A stretch of 64,000 nucleotides of DNA from Promethearchaeia archaeon (GCA_029856145.1 JAHQWK010000026.1:1-64000), one strand, 5' to 3'; shown: positions 48,250-59,095, counted from the first letter of the stretch. Translations and numbers: made by a program. Notes: generated by a model from the letters alone, not told the origin.

Positions 48250-48606
48250 ATGAAGTTATTGAAAAGGATAGGGAAAGAAAATCTATATAAATATATAGGA
48301 ATTGCTCTTATCAGCTCGAGTTTAATTTTAACAATAATCTCCATTTCATATGCCTTTTTTTTAAGTAACCAAAAAATTTCTTATTTCGATAATGAAAATA
48401 TTGATGTAGAATCAATTTCAGTAGAGATGCACGATGGAGTAATTATTAAAGGTATAATTTATGTTGATAAAGATCTCAAAGAAAATGACACAAACTCAAT
48501 CCCAACAATTCTATTACTTCATGGCATTAATGGAAGAAAAGAACATAAACTAGATATAGTGTATCAATATGTAAAAATAGGTTTGCTGTTATTTCTGTAG
48601 AACTAA
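48250..48606 (+). pseudogene. truncated membrane-anchored alpha/beta hydrolase
   Basis: TM then PTILLLHG; the expected G-F-AVISVE continues in a shifted frame and then ends; no GxSxG nucleophile elbow. Confidence 0.65.
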
Positions 48607-48708
48607 CGTTTTGTTGTATTCTACATGAAAGTATTCTTTAGAATAATTTAATATTTTTCTTAATAATAAGGAAAGATTGTAAAAATCTCTTATCCCTCCT
48701 CTTAATTT

Positions 48709-49554
48709 TTATCTTAATGGATATTTTGGCTTTCTCTTTCCAAAGAAAGCGTTAGCAGCTTCATTTACATCTTTAGAGGAGAAAGTTAAAACTATTGAGC
48801 TATTTTCATATTGTAGCATGTTATTTAAACTTGGAGAATCTAGTGATAAATTAAGGGCTTCTTTCGTCATACGTAAACCTAAAGGGCTTTTAGTCAATAA
48901 TTCTTCTGCCAATTTTAAAGCCTCATCCAATAAATTTTCTTTCTCTACAACTTTTAGGATAAATCCTATTTTCTCAGCTTCTTTTCCAGAAACACCCCTA
49001 CCGCTATAGATTATTTCAACTGCTCTGGAAAGATTAATTAGACGTGGAAGGAAGTAGCTACTTCCCATATCCGCCCCGGTTAAACCAATATTAATAGAAG
49101 CATTTATAAAATTAACATCATCACTGGCAATTCTAATGTCAGAAGCCATTGCAAATCCAAATCCACCTCCTGCTACTGAACCGTGAACAGCCGCTATAAT
49201 TGGTTGAGGAATTTTCCTCATTTTCATGATGATCTGAGTTATACGCCATTGATGATACATTTTTCTTTTTATTGGCTCTGACGTATTCAAGTAATAAAAT
49301 TTTTCATATCCTTTTGGATTTCTCTTCATATTTAAGATTAAACCTTCTTGTAAATCTGTTCCTGCTGAAAATGATCTTCCTTCCCCTCTTAAAATTAATA
49401 CTCTAATTGATAAATTCATCATTAATTGATCCAATACGTGATGGATTTCTTCTTCCATTTGAAATGAGATTGCATTTAATTTCTCAGGTCTGTTTAATGT
49501 TAAAATTCCGATGCCATTTTCTCTCAATTCAAATTTAATGGTTTTATATTCCAT
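48709..49554 (-). CDS. enoyl-CoA hydratase/isomerase family protein
   Basis: LNRPEKLNA, FSAGTDL, PQPIIAAVHG..AGGG, GADMGSSY.LPRL. Confidence 0.93.
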   Translation of the reverse strand: MEYKTIKFELRENGIGILTLNRPEKLNAISFQMEEEIHHVLDQLMMNLSIRVLILRGEGRSFSAGTDLQEGLILNMKRNPKGYEKFYYLNTSEPIKRKMYHQWRITQIIMKMRKIPQPIIAAVHGSVAGGGFGFAMASDIRIASDDVNFINASINIGLTGADMGSSYFLPRLINLSRAVEIIYSGRGVSGKEAEKIGFILKVVEKENLLDEALKLAEELLTKSPLGLRMTKEALNLSLDSPSLNNMLQYENSSIVLTFSSKDVNEAANAFFGKRKPKYPLR

Positions 49555-49579
49555 ATATTTTCACATTTTTTTCAATTAT

Positions 49580-50440
49580 TCATGATTTTGGATATTTTGG
49601 TTTTCTTTTTTCGAAAAATGCATTAACTCCTTCTAAAAGATCCATAGATGTTGAACAGAGCATCTGTGAGCGGTTTTCTATTTGCATGATTGTTTCCAAA
49701 CTAGGGGAGTCAAGTGATATATTAATAGCTTCTTTTGTCATTCTAAGCCCGAGTGGACTTTTAGTAAGTAAATTTTCTGCTATTTCCATTGCAGCTTCTT
49801 ATAATTTAGTCTCATCACCTATAATTACTTTCATGACAAGTCCAATTCTTTCAGCTTCATTAGCATCTATGAATCGACCTGTATATAATATTTCAGCAGC
49901 TCTAGACATGCCAATTAGTCGAGGCAAATGATAGCTACTCGCTAAGTCAGCACCAGAAAATCCAATATTTATGAACGAATTCGCTAATTTTGCATTTTCT
50001 CCCGCAATTCTTATATCTGCTGCTAAACCTAATGTAAAGCCTGCTCCTGTGGCAGGTCCTTGTATAATGGCAATAATTGGTTGACTTATTTTCCTCATTT
50101 TAACAATTAGTTGGCTAGCTCTAGCTTGTGCATATATCTTAGCTTTGATTAAATCTTTATCTGGGGCTCTCATGAAGAAAAATTTCTCTTTCAGTTCCTC
50201 TGGCTTTTTTTTTGATTGAAGAACTGTAGACTCTTTTAAATCTAATCCAGCGCAAAAGGCTCTACCGTCAGCTTTTAGAATGAGAACACGACAATCTAAA
50301 TTTGTCATTAATTGATCGAGTAATGTGTGTAAATCTTCAATCATTTGAAAATTCAAAGCATTTAATTTATTTGGACGGTTAAGGGTTAATATTCCAATAC
50401 CGTCCTCTCTCAATTCAAACTTTATTGTCTCAAAATTCAA
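49580..50440 (-). pseudogene. enoyl-CoA hydratase paralog interrupted by an in-frame TAA
   Basis: ORFs 49799..50440 and 49580..49789 share one frame: GDETKL*EAAMEIAENLLTKSPLG; colinear with the neighbouring paralog. Confidence 0.85.
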
Positions 50441-50583
50441 TTTTTAAACCTCAAGAATAAATAATTATTTTAACTAGATATCTTAGATAGGGTTGAATTA
50501 CTTAAAAATCCATAAAAAGTAAGTTAATATCAAATGATTAAATAAATATAGTAAACCTTTTAGATACGATTTAAAATTCAATA

Positions 50584-52989
50584 ATGATTTCAATAACTAA
50601 TAGCTCATCAAGAAGAACTCTCAAGTTAAAACAGAAATTACTTTCAAGCAAGTATGAATTATGCATTGAAAGGATGAGATATTTTACTGAGATTTATAAA
50701 AAATATCCCAATGATCCAGAAATTATTAAAAGAGCTAAAGCAGTTGCTCATACTCTAAAAAATATGACAATTTTCATCAGAGATAATGAATTACTAGTTG
50801 GAAATGAAACGAGTAAAAATTTAGGTGAAAAAATTAATCTTGATTTATACTCGTATGATGGAACTTTGAATAATCATCGGATAATTAAAAAATATGAAAA
50901 AAGAAAATTACATCCTTTTTTTATAGGAGAAAATGAAATTAATGAATTATTAGATATTATTCCTTTTTGGAAAGGTAAAGCTTTATATAGCGATATTATC
51001 TCGCAAAAAGTTTATGATGAAAAGTTAATTAAAGGAATGGACAGAATTAGTTTAGCAGCTCCTAATATTGCTATAGCAAATGGGACTAATGAAGGCCATA
51101 TATGTGTTGGATATGAAAAACTACTAAAATTAGGGTATAAAGGAATTATTAAAGAAGCTGAATCATATCAATCAAAAATAAAAAATGACGACATCAAACA
51201 TAAAGAAAAATTTAATTTCTATGAAGCTGTAAAAATTTATTATAATGCAGCTATTCAATTTTCAAGGAGATATTCTGATTTTGCCTATAACTTGGCTTTA
51301 AATGAAAAAAATGAGCAAAGAAGGAAAGAACTTGAAATTATTGGAGCAATGATGGAGAAATTTACCAAGGAAACTGCTAATTCGTTCTATGAGGCAATTC
51401 AATTTATACACTTCACTCAAAATATCATAAATATAATTTACCAAAGAAGTGTCGTCGCTTTAGGTAGGTTAGATCAAATTCTATGGCCATATTATAAGAG
51501 AGATAAAGAAAAAAATAAAATTACACAAGAATTTGCGTTAGGATTAATTGAAGAATTAAATTTGAAGTTAACTTGGAATGTGACATTATTACCAACAGAT
51601 TATACTACTATCTCAAATGCGATTGGGTTAAATACACAAACAATTACCATTTCAGGTGTAGATAAAGAAGGAAAAGATAATACAAATGAACTTTCTTATC
51701 TTTTTCTTTATGCTTATAAAAATCTAAAAGTATTTTCAACGGATTTATCTATTAGAGTTCATAAGAACAGTCCTAAAAAATTTATAAAAGAAGCAATAAA
51801 AGTTTTTCGATCAACATCAGGAATGGCTTTTTATAATGATGAAGTGCTCATCCCAGCCCTAGTAAAAGCGGGTTATAGTTTAGAAGATGCGCGTACTTAC
51901 GTTATTATCGGATGTGTTGAACCAACAGGTCAAGGTAATAGTTTTGCTGCAACTGCGCGTATGTTTATGAATTTACCCGGAATTTTGGAATTGGTTTTAA
52001 ACAATGGATATAGTAATTTATCGAAAATGGTGGACGGCTTACAAACTGGAGATCCTGGTTCTTTTAAAACCTATAAGAGTTTCTATGATGCATACAAGCG
52101 ACAATTAAGGTATAATATTAAAAAATCTGTAAAAATTGCGCAAATAGGAGATAAAGAAGCAATGAAGTTCTTCCAACATCCATTTCTATCAGCTACCATA
52201 GAAAGATGTATGGAAAATGGAACTGATTATGTATGTGGGGGAGCGAAGTACAATTTTTCTTCTATTACTGCTTATGGTTTTGCTACTTTAGTTGATTCAC
52301 TCTATAATATCAAAAAGGTTGTTTATGAAGAAAAGTTAATGCCTTTGTCAGAACTTATCGATATATTAAATTCAAATTTTGAGAGTCAAGAAACTTTTCG
52401 GCAAAGGTTAATAAATAAATATGAAAAATGGGGAAACGATAAGCAAGAGATTGATTCATTAGCTAATGAATTATGGGATTTGTTTTGTATTGAGGTAATA
52501 AAACATCAACCAATTAGAGGTGGACGATATAGTGCTGGTGCTTATTCAATGGGAATTCATGTAATGGAAGGAATTTTTACACAACCAACGGCAGACGGTA
52601 GAAAAGCTATGGAGGCAATCTCAAATAGTTTATCTCCGGTAAATAATGTGGAAAAAAATGGACTTACAGCAATTCTAAACTCAGTAGCAAAACTAAATTA
52701 TGATTATGCTACTAATGGTATCGCCCTAAATATTCGAATCCATCCTCAAAATCTTATGAGTGAGGAAAATATAGAGAAGTTTTATTTTCTTTTAAAGGGA
52801 TATTTTGACAAGGGGGGGATGCAGATACAACCAACCGCAGTTTCAACTGAAACACTTAGGGATGCTCAGAAACATCCTGAAAAATACCCTGATTTAATCG
52901 TAAAAGTGGGAGGGTATAATGCCACTTTTATTGATCTGGGAACTCCAATTCAAAATGATATCATTGATAGATTAGAGCATATTTTATAA
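50584..52989 (+). CDS. glycyl radical enzyme (PFL2/eliminase-like), substrate unknown
   Basis: LGRLDQ.LWPYY, IIGCVEP Cys loop, HPEKYPDLIVKVGGYNATF Gly loop. Confidence 0.92.
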   Translation: MISITNSSSRRTLKLKQKLLSSKYELCIERMRYFTEIYKKYPNDPEIIKRAKAVAHTLKNMTIFIRDNELLVGNETSKNLGEKINLDLYSYDGTLNNHRIIKKYEKRKLHPFFIGENEINELLDIIPFWKGKALYSDIISQKVYDEKLIKGMDRISLAAPNIAIANGTNEGHICVGYEKLLKLGYKGIIKEAESYQSKIKNDDIKHKEKFNFYEAVKIYYNAAIQFSRRYSDFAYNLALNEKNEQRRKELEIIGAMMEKFTKETANSFYEAIQFIHFTQNIINIIYQRSVVALGRLDQILWPYYKRDKEKNKITQEFALGLIEELNLKLTWNVTLLPTDYTTISNAIGLNTQTITISGVDKEGKDNTNELSYLFLYAYKNLKVFSTDLSIRVHKNSPKKFIKEAIKVFRSTSGMAFYNDEVLIPALVKAGYSLEDARTYVIIGCVEPTGQGNSFAATARMFMNLPGILELVLNNGYSNLSKMVDGLQTGDPGSFKTYKSFYDAYKRQLRYNIKKSVKIAQIGDKEAMKFFQHPFLSATIERCMENGTDYVCGGAKYNFSSITAYGFATLVDSLYNIKKVVYEEKLMPLSELIDILNSNFESQETFRQRLINKYEKWGNDKQEIDSLANELWDLFCIEVIKHQPIRGGRYSAGAYSMGIHVMEGIFTQPTADGRKAMEAISNSLSPVNNVEKNGLTAILNSVAKLNYDYATNGIALNIRIHPQNLMSEENIEKFYFLLKGYFDKGGMQIQPTAVSTETLRDAQKHPEKYPDLIVKVGGYNATFIDLGTPIQNDIIDRLEHIL

Positions 52990-53061
52990 TTTTTTGTAGA
53001 AGTTTTAAATGAAACTATCCTACAAGATATTAGAATAGAAAAACCATTTGTTATTTTCACC

Positions 53062-53565
53062 TTGTCAAATTGTTATCTCTGTAATGTTGAAATAAAGGAT
53101 CTCCCATACAGATGTAAATTTTGTGGTATGATTTTCTGTAATAAGCACAGATTACCAGAAAATCATGATTGTCCTTTTGATTTAAGACAAAAAAATAAAG
53201 ATTTTAACTCTTTGGATAAACCACTCTATCAAGATGCACTTGATTTTATGGATAAAGACATAACTGTAGCTAAAATTTATGATTACGTAACAACAAATCA
53301 GATGACTAAATTAGAAGCAATAGAATTGTTGAATTATTTCCTAGAAAGAATTGATAATAAAGAAATTAGAAGGGTAAGCATACTTGCTTTCAAAATTTTA
53401 GAACTTAGAAGTGATAAAGCCTATAGTGTTCTAGAAAATTGTCTTCTTTCAGATGAAGATCCTAGCGTGATAAAAAACGCAGCAGATATTTTAAGATATC
53501 TGTTCCCTAAGAAGAGTAAAGAATTATTAAATTGGATAAGTAAAAATGATAAGAATTTGAAATAA
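53062..53565 (+). CDS. AN1-type zinc finger plus HEAT-repeat protein
   Basis: CYLC..PYRCKFCGMIFCNKHRLPENHDC; helical repeat C-terminus. Confidence 0.85.
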   Translation: MSNCYLCNVEIKDLPYRCKFCGMIFCNKHRLPENHDCPFDLRQKNKDFNSLDKPLYQDALDFMDKDITVAKIYDYVTTNQMTKLEAIELLNYFLERIDNKEIRRVSILAFKILELRSDKAYSVLENCLLSDEDPSVIKNAADILRYLFPKKSKELLNWISKNDKNLK

Positions 53566-53578
53566 TAACTAAAATAAA

Positions 53579-54889
53579 TTAAAATAAATTATTTTTTCTT
53601 TTTAGAATTAGACTTTCAATCTCTTCACTAAGTTCTTCAACTTCCTTCTTATTATAATATTTTTTTACTCGAGTGTGCGCAATCCACCATAATATTAAAG
53701 TAACGGTCATTCCTATAATAGAACTAGAAAGAAATAAGTTGGTTACTCCAATTGTCTCAGATAATGGTCCAGTTATTATAGATGCAATAGGAACTATAGC
53801 AGATGAGATGGCCCAATCAAGAGAAGACAACCTTCCCATTTTATCTGCTGGAACTTTTAATTGCATTATAGTTAAATAAATAGTATTAAGGATAGGAATA
53901 GTAATACCAGTAATACTGACTACAATACCCATCATTAGAAATAATTGATAAGGAGTTAAGGCAATAATACCACTATTCATCATTAAGAGGAATTCAAGTC
54001 CAAAGTAGATGAAAAGAGCATGTTTCCACTCTTTCTTTATGGAAGTTAACAGTGCACCTAACAGCATACCCCCATTCATGAAAACCATAAGAAATGCCAA
54101 ATTTGATATATCACCTGAATGGCTATATTTAATGAAATGCGGCATCAATATATTAACTGGAACTAATAGAAAGTTAATAAACATGGATATGAGAAGCATC
54201 ATAAGAAGATCTGGAATTGATTTCAATGTACGGATTCCACTTTTAAATTCTTCTAGAAATGATATCTTTTCAACAGTCGTAACTTCCTTCTTTAATTTAG
54301 GAATTTTAATTACTAACAAAGGAATAATAGCTATGATAAATGTAAGTGGATCAATCCAAAGTATGATTTCAAACGGAATTAACGAGAATAACAAAGCGCC
54401 AATTACAGGTCCTAAGATTTGAATGAAACTTCTAAAGAAAAAATTAACCCCATTCATTCTACTTAATTTTTCCTTGGGTACCATCGTCGGAACAATAGCA
54501 CTTACTGTAGGGATATGAAAACCTTGGAAGATTCCTAGCAAACTCATTATTCCAACTATTAATATTGGGTTCACCACTCCAAAGTTGAAGATAATAATTA
54601 CAAGAAGCATTACATATGCTTGGAGGGAATCAACTACTACTATAATTGTCTTCCGATTCCATTTATCAATTACCACACCAGATATTGCAACTACGATTGT
54701 CATTGGTAATATATAAAGAAAAGATGCTAATGAAAGAAGCATCGTGCTCCCTGTAGAGTCAGTTATCCACCAAATTATCGCAAAATGTGAAATTGATGAT
54801 CCTAACACAGTAAATAACTGTCCTATCCAAAAAAATATATAATTTTTAAAAGTTTTTTGATTTGCTAAATTTTCTATTATGTATATCAC
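53579..54889 (-). CDS. MFS exporter (MefA/DHA3-like), copy 2
   Basis: FWIGQLFTVLGS, GVVIDKWNRK, VPADKMGR; 12 TM. Confidence 0.9.
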   Translation of the reverse strand: MIYIIENLANQKTFKNYIFFWIGQLFTVLGSSISHFAIIWWITDSTGSTMLLSLASFLYILPMTIVVAISGVVIDKWNRKTIIVVVDSLQAYVMLLVIIIFNFGVVNPILIVGIMSLLGIFQGFHIPTVSAIVPTMVPKEKLSRMNGVNFFFRSFIQILGPVIGALLFSLIPFEIILWIDPLTFIIAIIPLLVIKIPKLKKEVTTVEKISFLEEFKSGIRTLKSIPDLLMMLLISMFINFLLVPVNILMPHFIKYSHSGDISNLAFLMVFMNGGMLLGALLTSIKKEWKHALFIYFGLEFLLMMNSGIIALTPYQLFLMMGIVVSITGITIPILNTIYLTIMQLKVPADKMGRLSSLDWAISSAIVPIASIITGPLSETIGVTNLFLSSSIIGMTVTLILWWIAHTRVKKYYNKKEVEELSEEIESLILKRKNNLF

Positions 54890-54924
54890 CTTATTTTTTG
54901 CATTTTGAAAAAAAAAGAAAAAAA

Positions 54925-56211
54925 TTAGATTGAAATATTTTCTATTTGACTATTGATTTCTTCGAGTGCACTTTTACTATCAATATCAACTTTTCTAATA
55001 CCTGTGAAACTCCAAAAGCCAAGTGTACAAATTACACCGAGGAATCCACTATAGAAAAACAACGACGGAATACCTAAAATTAAGGCCATTGGCCCTGCAA
55101 GTAATGCGCCTATTGGTGATATCGCTGAAGATAAGGCATGATCAATTGAAGTTACTCTTCCCATTTTATCAATAGGTACTGTAGTTTGTAAAAACGTTTG
55201 ATAGAGAGCATTTATTATTGGTAAATTAAACCCTAAAATAGCCCCCCCTAAACCTATAATATAATAGTTACCTATAGGTGCTATCGCAAATATCATGTAT
55301 CCTATCAAAGCAATTATAATACTAATAAAAATCACTCTGAGTTTATTTTTCCAATTCTTCTTAATTGAAGTAACTAACGCTCCAGCAATCATACCACCTG
55401 TGAAAGTAATTTCAGCTAATGCTAAATGCCCGACGCCCCCTCCATGATTATCAATGATGAATAAAGACATAAGTGCGTTAACAGGTTGGATTAAGAAATT
55501 TAATAACATCGATAGGATTACCATAATCACTAATCCAGGAATAATTTTTAATGTTTTTAGACCTAATCTAAATTCTTTGAAAAATGAGCTTTTTGCCTTT
55601 TTTTCTTCAGTATGATTGACTTGTCTCACAGAAGGGATGTTTATCAGTAATAGTGGTATCAATGCAATAAAAAATGTAATAACGTCCACCCAGAGAATCA
55701 TATATACTGATAAAAAAACTAACATCATTGCCCCTATAAATGGTGCTAAAAGCTGAACTACACCTGTAAACAAAAAGTTAACCCCATTAATTCTTGATAG
55801 CTTATCTTTCGGAACCATTGTTGGAATGATTGCATTAACAGTAGGTACATGGAATGCTTGAAATACACTGCGAAGGCTGATAAAGAGATAAACAATCCAA
55901 ATATCTGGACTCCCAAAATAAAAGATAATTATCAAGAGAATCGTAATATATGCTTGTAATGAATCTACAACTATAATAAGTACCTTTCGATTAATTCTAT
56001 CTGCAATTACCCCTGCAAAAGGCATACAAATAGTCATCATTAGTATATATAAAAATGAAGCAAAAGCACTTATTATGGGATCGTTGTAAATATCTGCGAT
56101 CCAAAACGTTATTACAAAAAATACCACCATCGAACCAAGCAAAGAAAATAATTGGCCACTCCAAAAAAATAAATAACTCTTAAATGTTCCCTTATTCGCA
56201 ATTTCTTCCAT
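54925..56211 (-). CDS. MFS exporter (MefA/DHA3-like), copy 1
   Basis: FWSGQLFSLLGS, GVIADRINRK, VPIDKMGRV; paralog of the adjacent gene. Confidence 0.9.
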   Translation of the reverse strand: MEEIANKGTFKSYLFFWSGQLFSLLGSMVVFFVITFWIADIYNDPIISAFASFLYILMMTICMPFAGVIADRINRKVLIIVVDSLQAYITILLIIIFYFGSPDIWIVYLFISLRSVFQAFHVPTVNAIIPTMVPKDKLSRINGVNFLFTGVVQLLAPFIGAMMLVFLSVYMILWVDVITFFIALIPLLLINIPSVRQVNHTEEKKAKSSFFKEFRLGLKTLKIIPGLVIMVILSMLLNFLIQPVNALMSLFIIDNHGGGVGHLALAEITFTGGMIAGALVTSIKKNWKNKLRVIFISIIIALIGYMIFAIAPIGNYYIIGLGGAILGFNLPIINALYQTFLQTTVPIDKMGRVTSIDHALSSAISPIGALLAGPMALILGIPSLFFYSGFLGVICTLGFWSFTGIRKVDIDSKSALEEINSQIENISI

Positions 56212-56280
56212 TCTTTATCCCCTAATTTCCTAATTTTTTTTTAATATATTTAATTAAATTTTTTTCTTAAATTATTCATT

Positions 56281-57390
56281 TTAGATTTTCCACTTTCCTT
56301 CTTCATAAATTATATTACTATCGGCTACAATTTTTGAACCTGGGACTTTCATATCTTTTAGTAGATCCCAATGAATTGAAGAGACATTTTTTGAGCCAGT
56401 CCATTCGAAACCTAAACCTAAAGCACAATGTAGTGTACCACCCATTTTCTCATCAAATAACATATTCTTAGTAAATTTCGTAACCCCATAATTCGTTCCG
56501 ATAGCAAATTCACCTATTCTATTAGCATTCTCTATTTTTAATATTTCTTCGAGGATTTCTTCACCTTTTTGAGCTGCCGCTTTAATTACTATTCCATCTT
56601 TAAACTCTAAATAGATATTTTCGACTTCTTTCCCCATATATATCCCGGGATATGTAAACCTAATATGCCCATTAACAGAATCTTCTACAGGACCAGTATA
56701 AATTTCACCATCAGGTAAATTTCTCTGACCACTGCAATTTATCCATTTTCGACCCTTAACTGACAATAATAAGTCTGTATCTTCTCCAATAACGTGAATT
56801 TCTTTAACACCATTTAAATAATCAACAAAAACTTCTTGTTGCCTTTGCATTTTGCGCCATTCCTCAATAGGATTCTCTTTATCTAGGAACAAACTCTTGG
56901 TTATAAAATCGGAATATGAAAATAAATCCATATTTGCTTCTTGGGCATAAGCGTTACAAGCATAGGGAAGTACCATCCACTTTAATTCTCCTTTAGAAGT
57001 CCTTTGCTCATAAATCTTCATCAATTCTTTCCTTTCGGGAGCACTCCTATATTTAGATAATATTTCGGGATTAATGTTACTATATTTGCGTGAATTATAA
57101 TCTGCTCGTATTTCTATTATATGATCAGCTTCTTTAGATGCAAATTCTTCAATTTTATTAACATATAACAACTGTTCTTCTGAAGCAAATTTATAAAAAG
57201 TTTCTCTTATTCCTTCAATACTAGGCTTAATTATTGGATGAGCCCCAACTTTAATAACTTCTAGGTTTAAAACTTGAAATAAATCTTGTGCAAATGCAGG
57301 TCCACCTATATAAACCGTATGCCCCTTCTTTATCTCAAGTGAATATTCTACCACAATCTTAGCCAGTTTTTCATAAATTGGATTAATCAT
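56281..57390 (-). CDS. M29 family aminopeptidase (AmpS/AmpT)
   Basis: NLPDGEIYTGP, IGEFAIG, LFDEK, HCALG, SSIHWD. Confidence 0.94.
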   Translation of the reverse strand: MINPIYEKLAKIVVEYSLEIKKGHTVYIGGPAFAQDLFQVLNLEVIKVGAHPIIKPSIEGIRETFYKFASEEQLLYVNKIEEFASKEADHIIEIRADYNSRKYSNINPEILSKYRSAPERKELMKIYEQRTSKGELKWMVLPYACNAYAQEANMDLFSYSDFITKSLFLDKENPIEEWRKMQRQQEVFVDYLNGVKEIHVIGEDTDLLLSVKGRKWINCSGQRNLPDGEIYTGPVEDSVNGHIRFTYPGIYMGKEVENIYLEFKDGIVIKAAAQKGEEILEEILKIENANRIGEFAIGTNYGVTKFTKNMLFDEKMGGTLHCALGLGFEWTGSKNVSSIHWDLLKDMKVPGSKIVADSNIIYEEGKWKI

Positions 57391-57412
57391 TTTATATAAT
57401 CACCTTTATTTA

Positions 57413-58342
57413 TTACATTTTATCAATTAATTCATTCAGCTTTGAAATAACTTCTTCTGAAGAGCTCGTGAATTTGAAAACACCTTCCTCAAGAGTACCC
57501 TCAATTCCATCCGCAACTATCTCATAAACCATATTCTCAGCATCTTCATTTGATTTATCTAACGCTTGGGCAAATTTATCAATTGGTAAATTATTAAGGA
57601 GCTTGATTAAACCACTTACTCTCTTTTTAATCTTTTCCTTTTTATCAGGTTCCAAGATAATTGCTGTCTTAATTTTTGGCCTTCCTTTCTTTTTTCCAAA
57701 TTGCTTTCCAAGTTTTTCACCTATTTCCTCTATACCCGAGTCTTTTACCACTTGCTCAATATCTTCTCCCATTAACTCCAAATTGCGCCCCAATTTTTCC
57801 AATTTTGCTAAATCTCCAATGTTATTTTTAACAAATTTCATAGACTTTCGAACCAACTCTGAAACTGAAGCACCTAAACCATCTGCCCAATCTCTCCACT
57901 CATCACTCATTTCAGGATCAACAGAAATGTTTATCCTTGATACTTTCTTTTTTATGTTTTCTATTCTTTTTCTCACTTTTTCATCAAATTTCGCTTCATG
58001 TTTTTCAAATTTCTCTTTCAGACGTTCAAGCTTGTCTTTCGCATCTTCAATATGATCTTTGGCATCATCTCCATATTGCTCTAATTCTCCTTTTATATTT
58101 CCAACTTCATTAAGTAAACTTTCTCGTTCTTCCATAAGTTCATCCAATTCATCCCTCAAATCGTCTTTTATATCTTCAGCCTCATCTTTTAAATCTTCAA
58201 TGACATCCTTTAATTCATCATGCAAGTCGTCTAATTCAAAATTCAATTTGTCCTTTAAGTCATTTAATTCCCATTTTACTTTACTTCTCTCTCTTTCCTC
58301 TTCATTTAATTCTTTTTCATTCCATCCTTCATCATTCGACAT
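57413..58342 (-). CDS. coiled-coil plus ribbon-helix-helix plus winged-helix/PCI-like protein
   Basis: Acidic heptads at aa 1-130; RINISVDPEMSDEWRDWADGLGASVSELVRKSM (RHH); LPIDKFAQALDKSNEDAENMVYEIV (wH). Confidence 0.68.
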   Translation of the reverse strand: MSNDEGWNEKELNEEERERSKVKWELNDLKDKLNFELDDLHDELKDVIEDLKDEAEDIKDDLRDELDELMEERESLLNEVGNIKGELEQYGDDAKDHIEDAKDKLERLKEKFEKHEAKFDEKVRKRIENIKKKVSRINISVDPEMSDEWRDWADGLGASVSELVRKSMKFVKNNIGDLAKLEKLGRNLELMGEDIEQVVKDSGIEEIGEKLGKQFGKKKGRPKIKTAIILEPDKKEKIKKRVSGLIKLLNNLPIDKFAQALDKSNEDAENMVYEIVADGIEGTLEEGVFKFTSSSEEVISKLNELIDKM

Positions 58343-58411
58343 TTTAATTCCTCCTAATTTCTTTTATTTTTTTTTCATTATTTTTTAATTTTAATTCATA
58401 TATACTTAATT

Positions 58412-59095
58412 CTAATATAACAAATCTCTTTCTGTAATTTGAATAGGTTCATTAGCCAAGGTTGCTTTTTTGTGAACCTCAATACTGTCAACATAATAAA
58501 GGTTTCCTGAAATCTCCGTTCCCTCACCAATATAGACATTTCGCCCTCTAACATCTCCTACAACAAAAGATCTTATAAGATCAACATTGTTTTTAGCGAA
58601 AATGCTTCCATGCACTTTACTAAGATGTTTATAAATACTTTTACCCAACGAACGTTCACGACCTAGAGTTACATCATTTCCAGATACATCTCCATGAATT
58701 GTTGATGATCCTGTAATTTTAATCAGTTTCTGAGATGAGATTCCACCTTTGACACTTGCAGAACCTGAAATATTAATTCCCTGAAGAGCCTCAACTCTAT
58801 CTCCTACCCTTAATGAACCTGAGTTTACTAATGTTCCTTTAACTAATATCTCCCCTCCAACTGTCATTGAACCAGAAGATTTTGCATTACCATCTCCATG
58901 AAGGGATCCTATAAGCCTAAACGAGCCAGAACTTTTGACATCACCATGAACAGTCAAACTCCCTTCCCCCCTCAATGAACCAGAGGATTGAAAGCCATTA
59001 CACTCAAAATTTCCCTTTATTTTAGCAGAGCCCGAAATATGTATCTCATCATCAATTTTTCCCCCCGAAAGGGTTCCTGATCCAGAAATTTTCAT
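58412..59095 (-). CDS. bactofilin-like beta-helical polymer-forming protein (YhbE/YhbF type)
   Basis: Repeats of [IV]xxSGSxxxxG; C-terminal VRGRNVYIGEGTEI..Y. Confidence 0.8.
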   Translation of the reverse strand: MKISGSGTLSGGKIDDEIHISGSAKIKGNFECNGFQSSGSLRGEGSLTVHGDVKSSGSFRLIGSLHGDGNAKSSGSMTVGGEILVKGTLVNSGSLRVGDRVEALQGINISGSASVKGGISSQKLIKITGSSTIHGDVSGNDVTLGRERSLGKSIYKHLSKVHGSIFAKNNVDLIRSFVVGDVRGRNVYIGEGTEISGNLYYVDSIEVHKKATLANEPIQITERDLLY

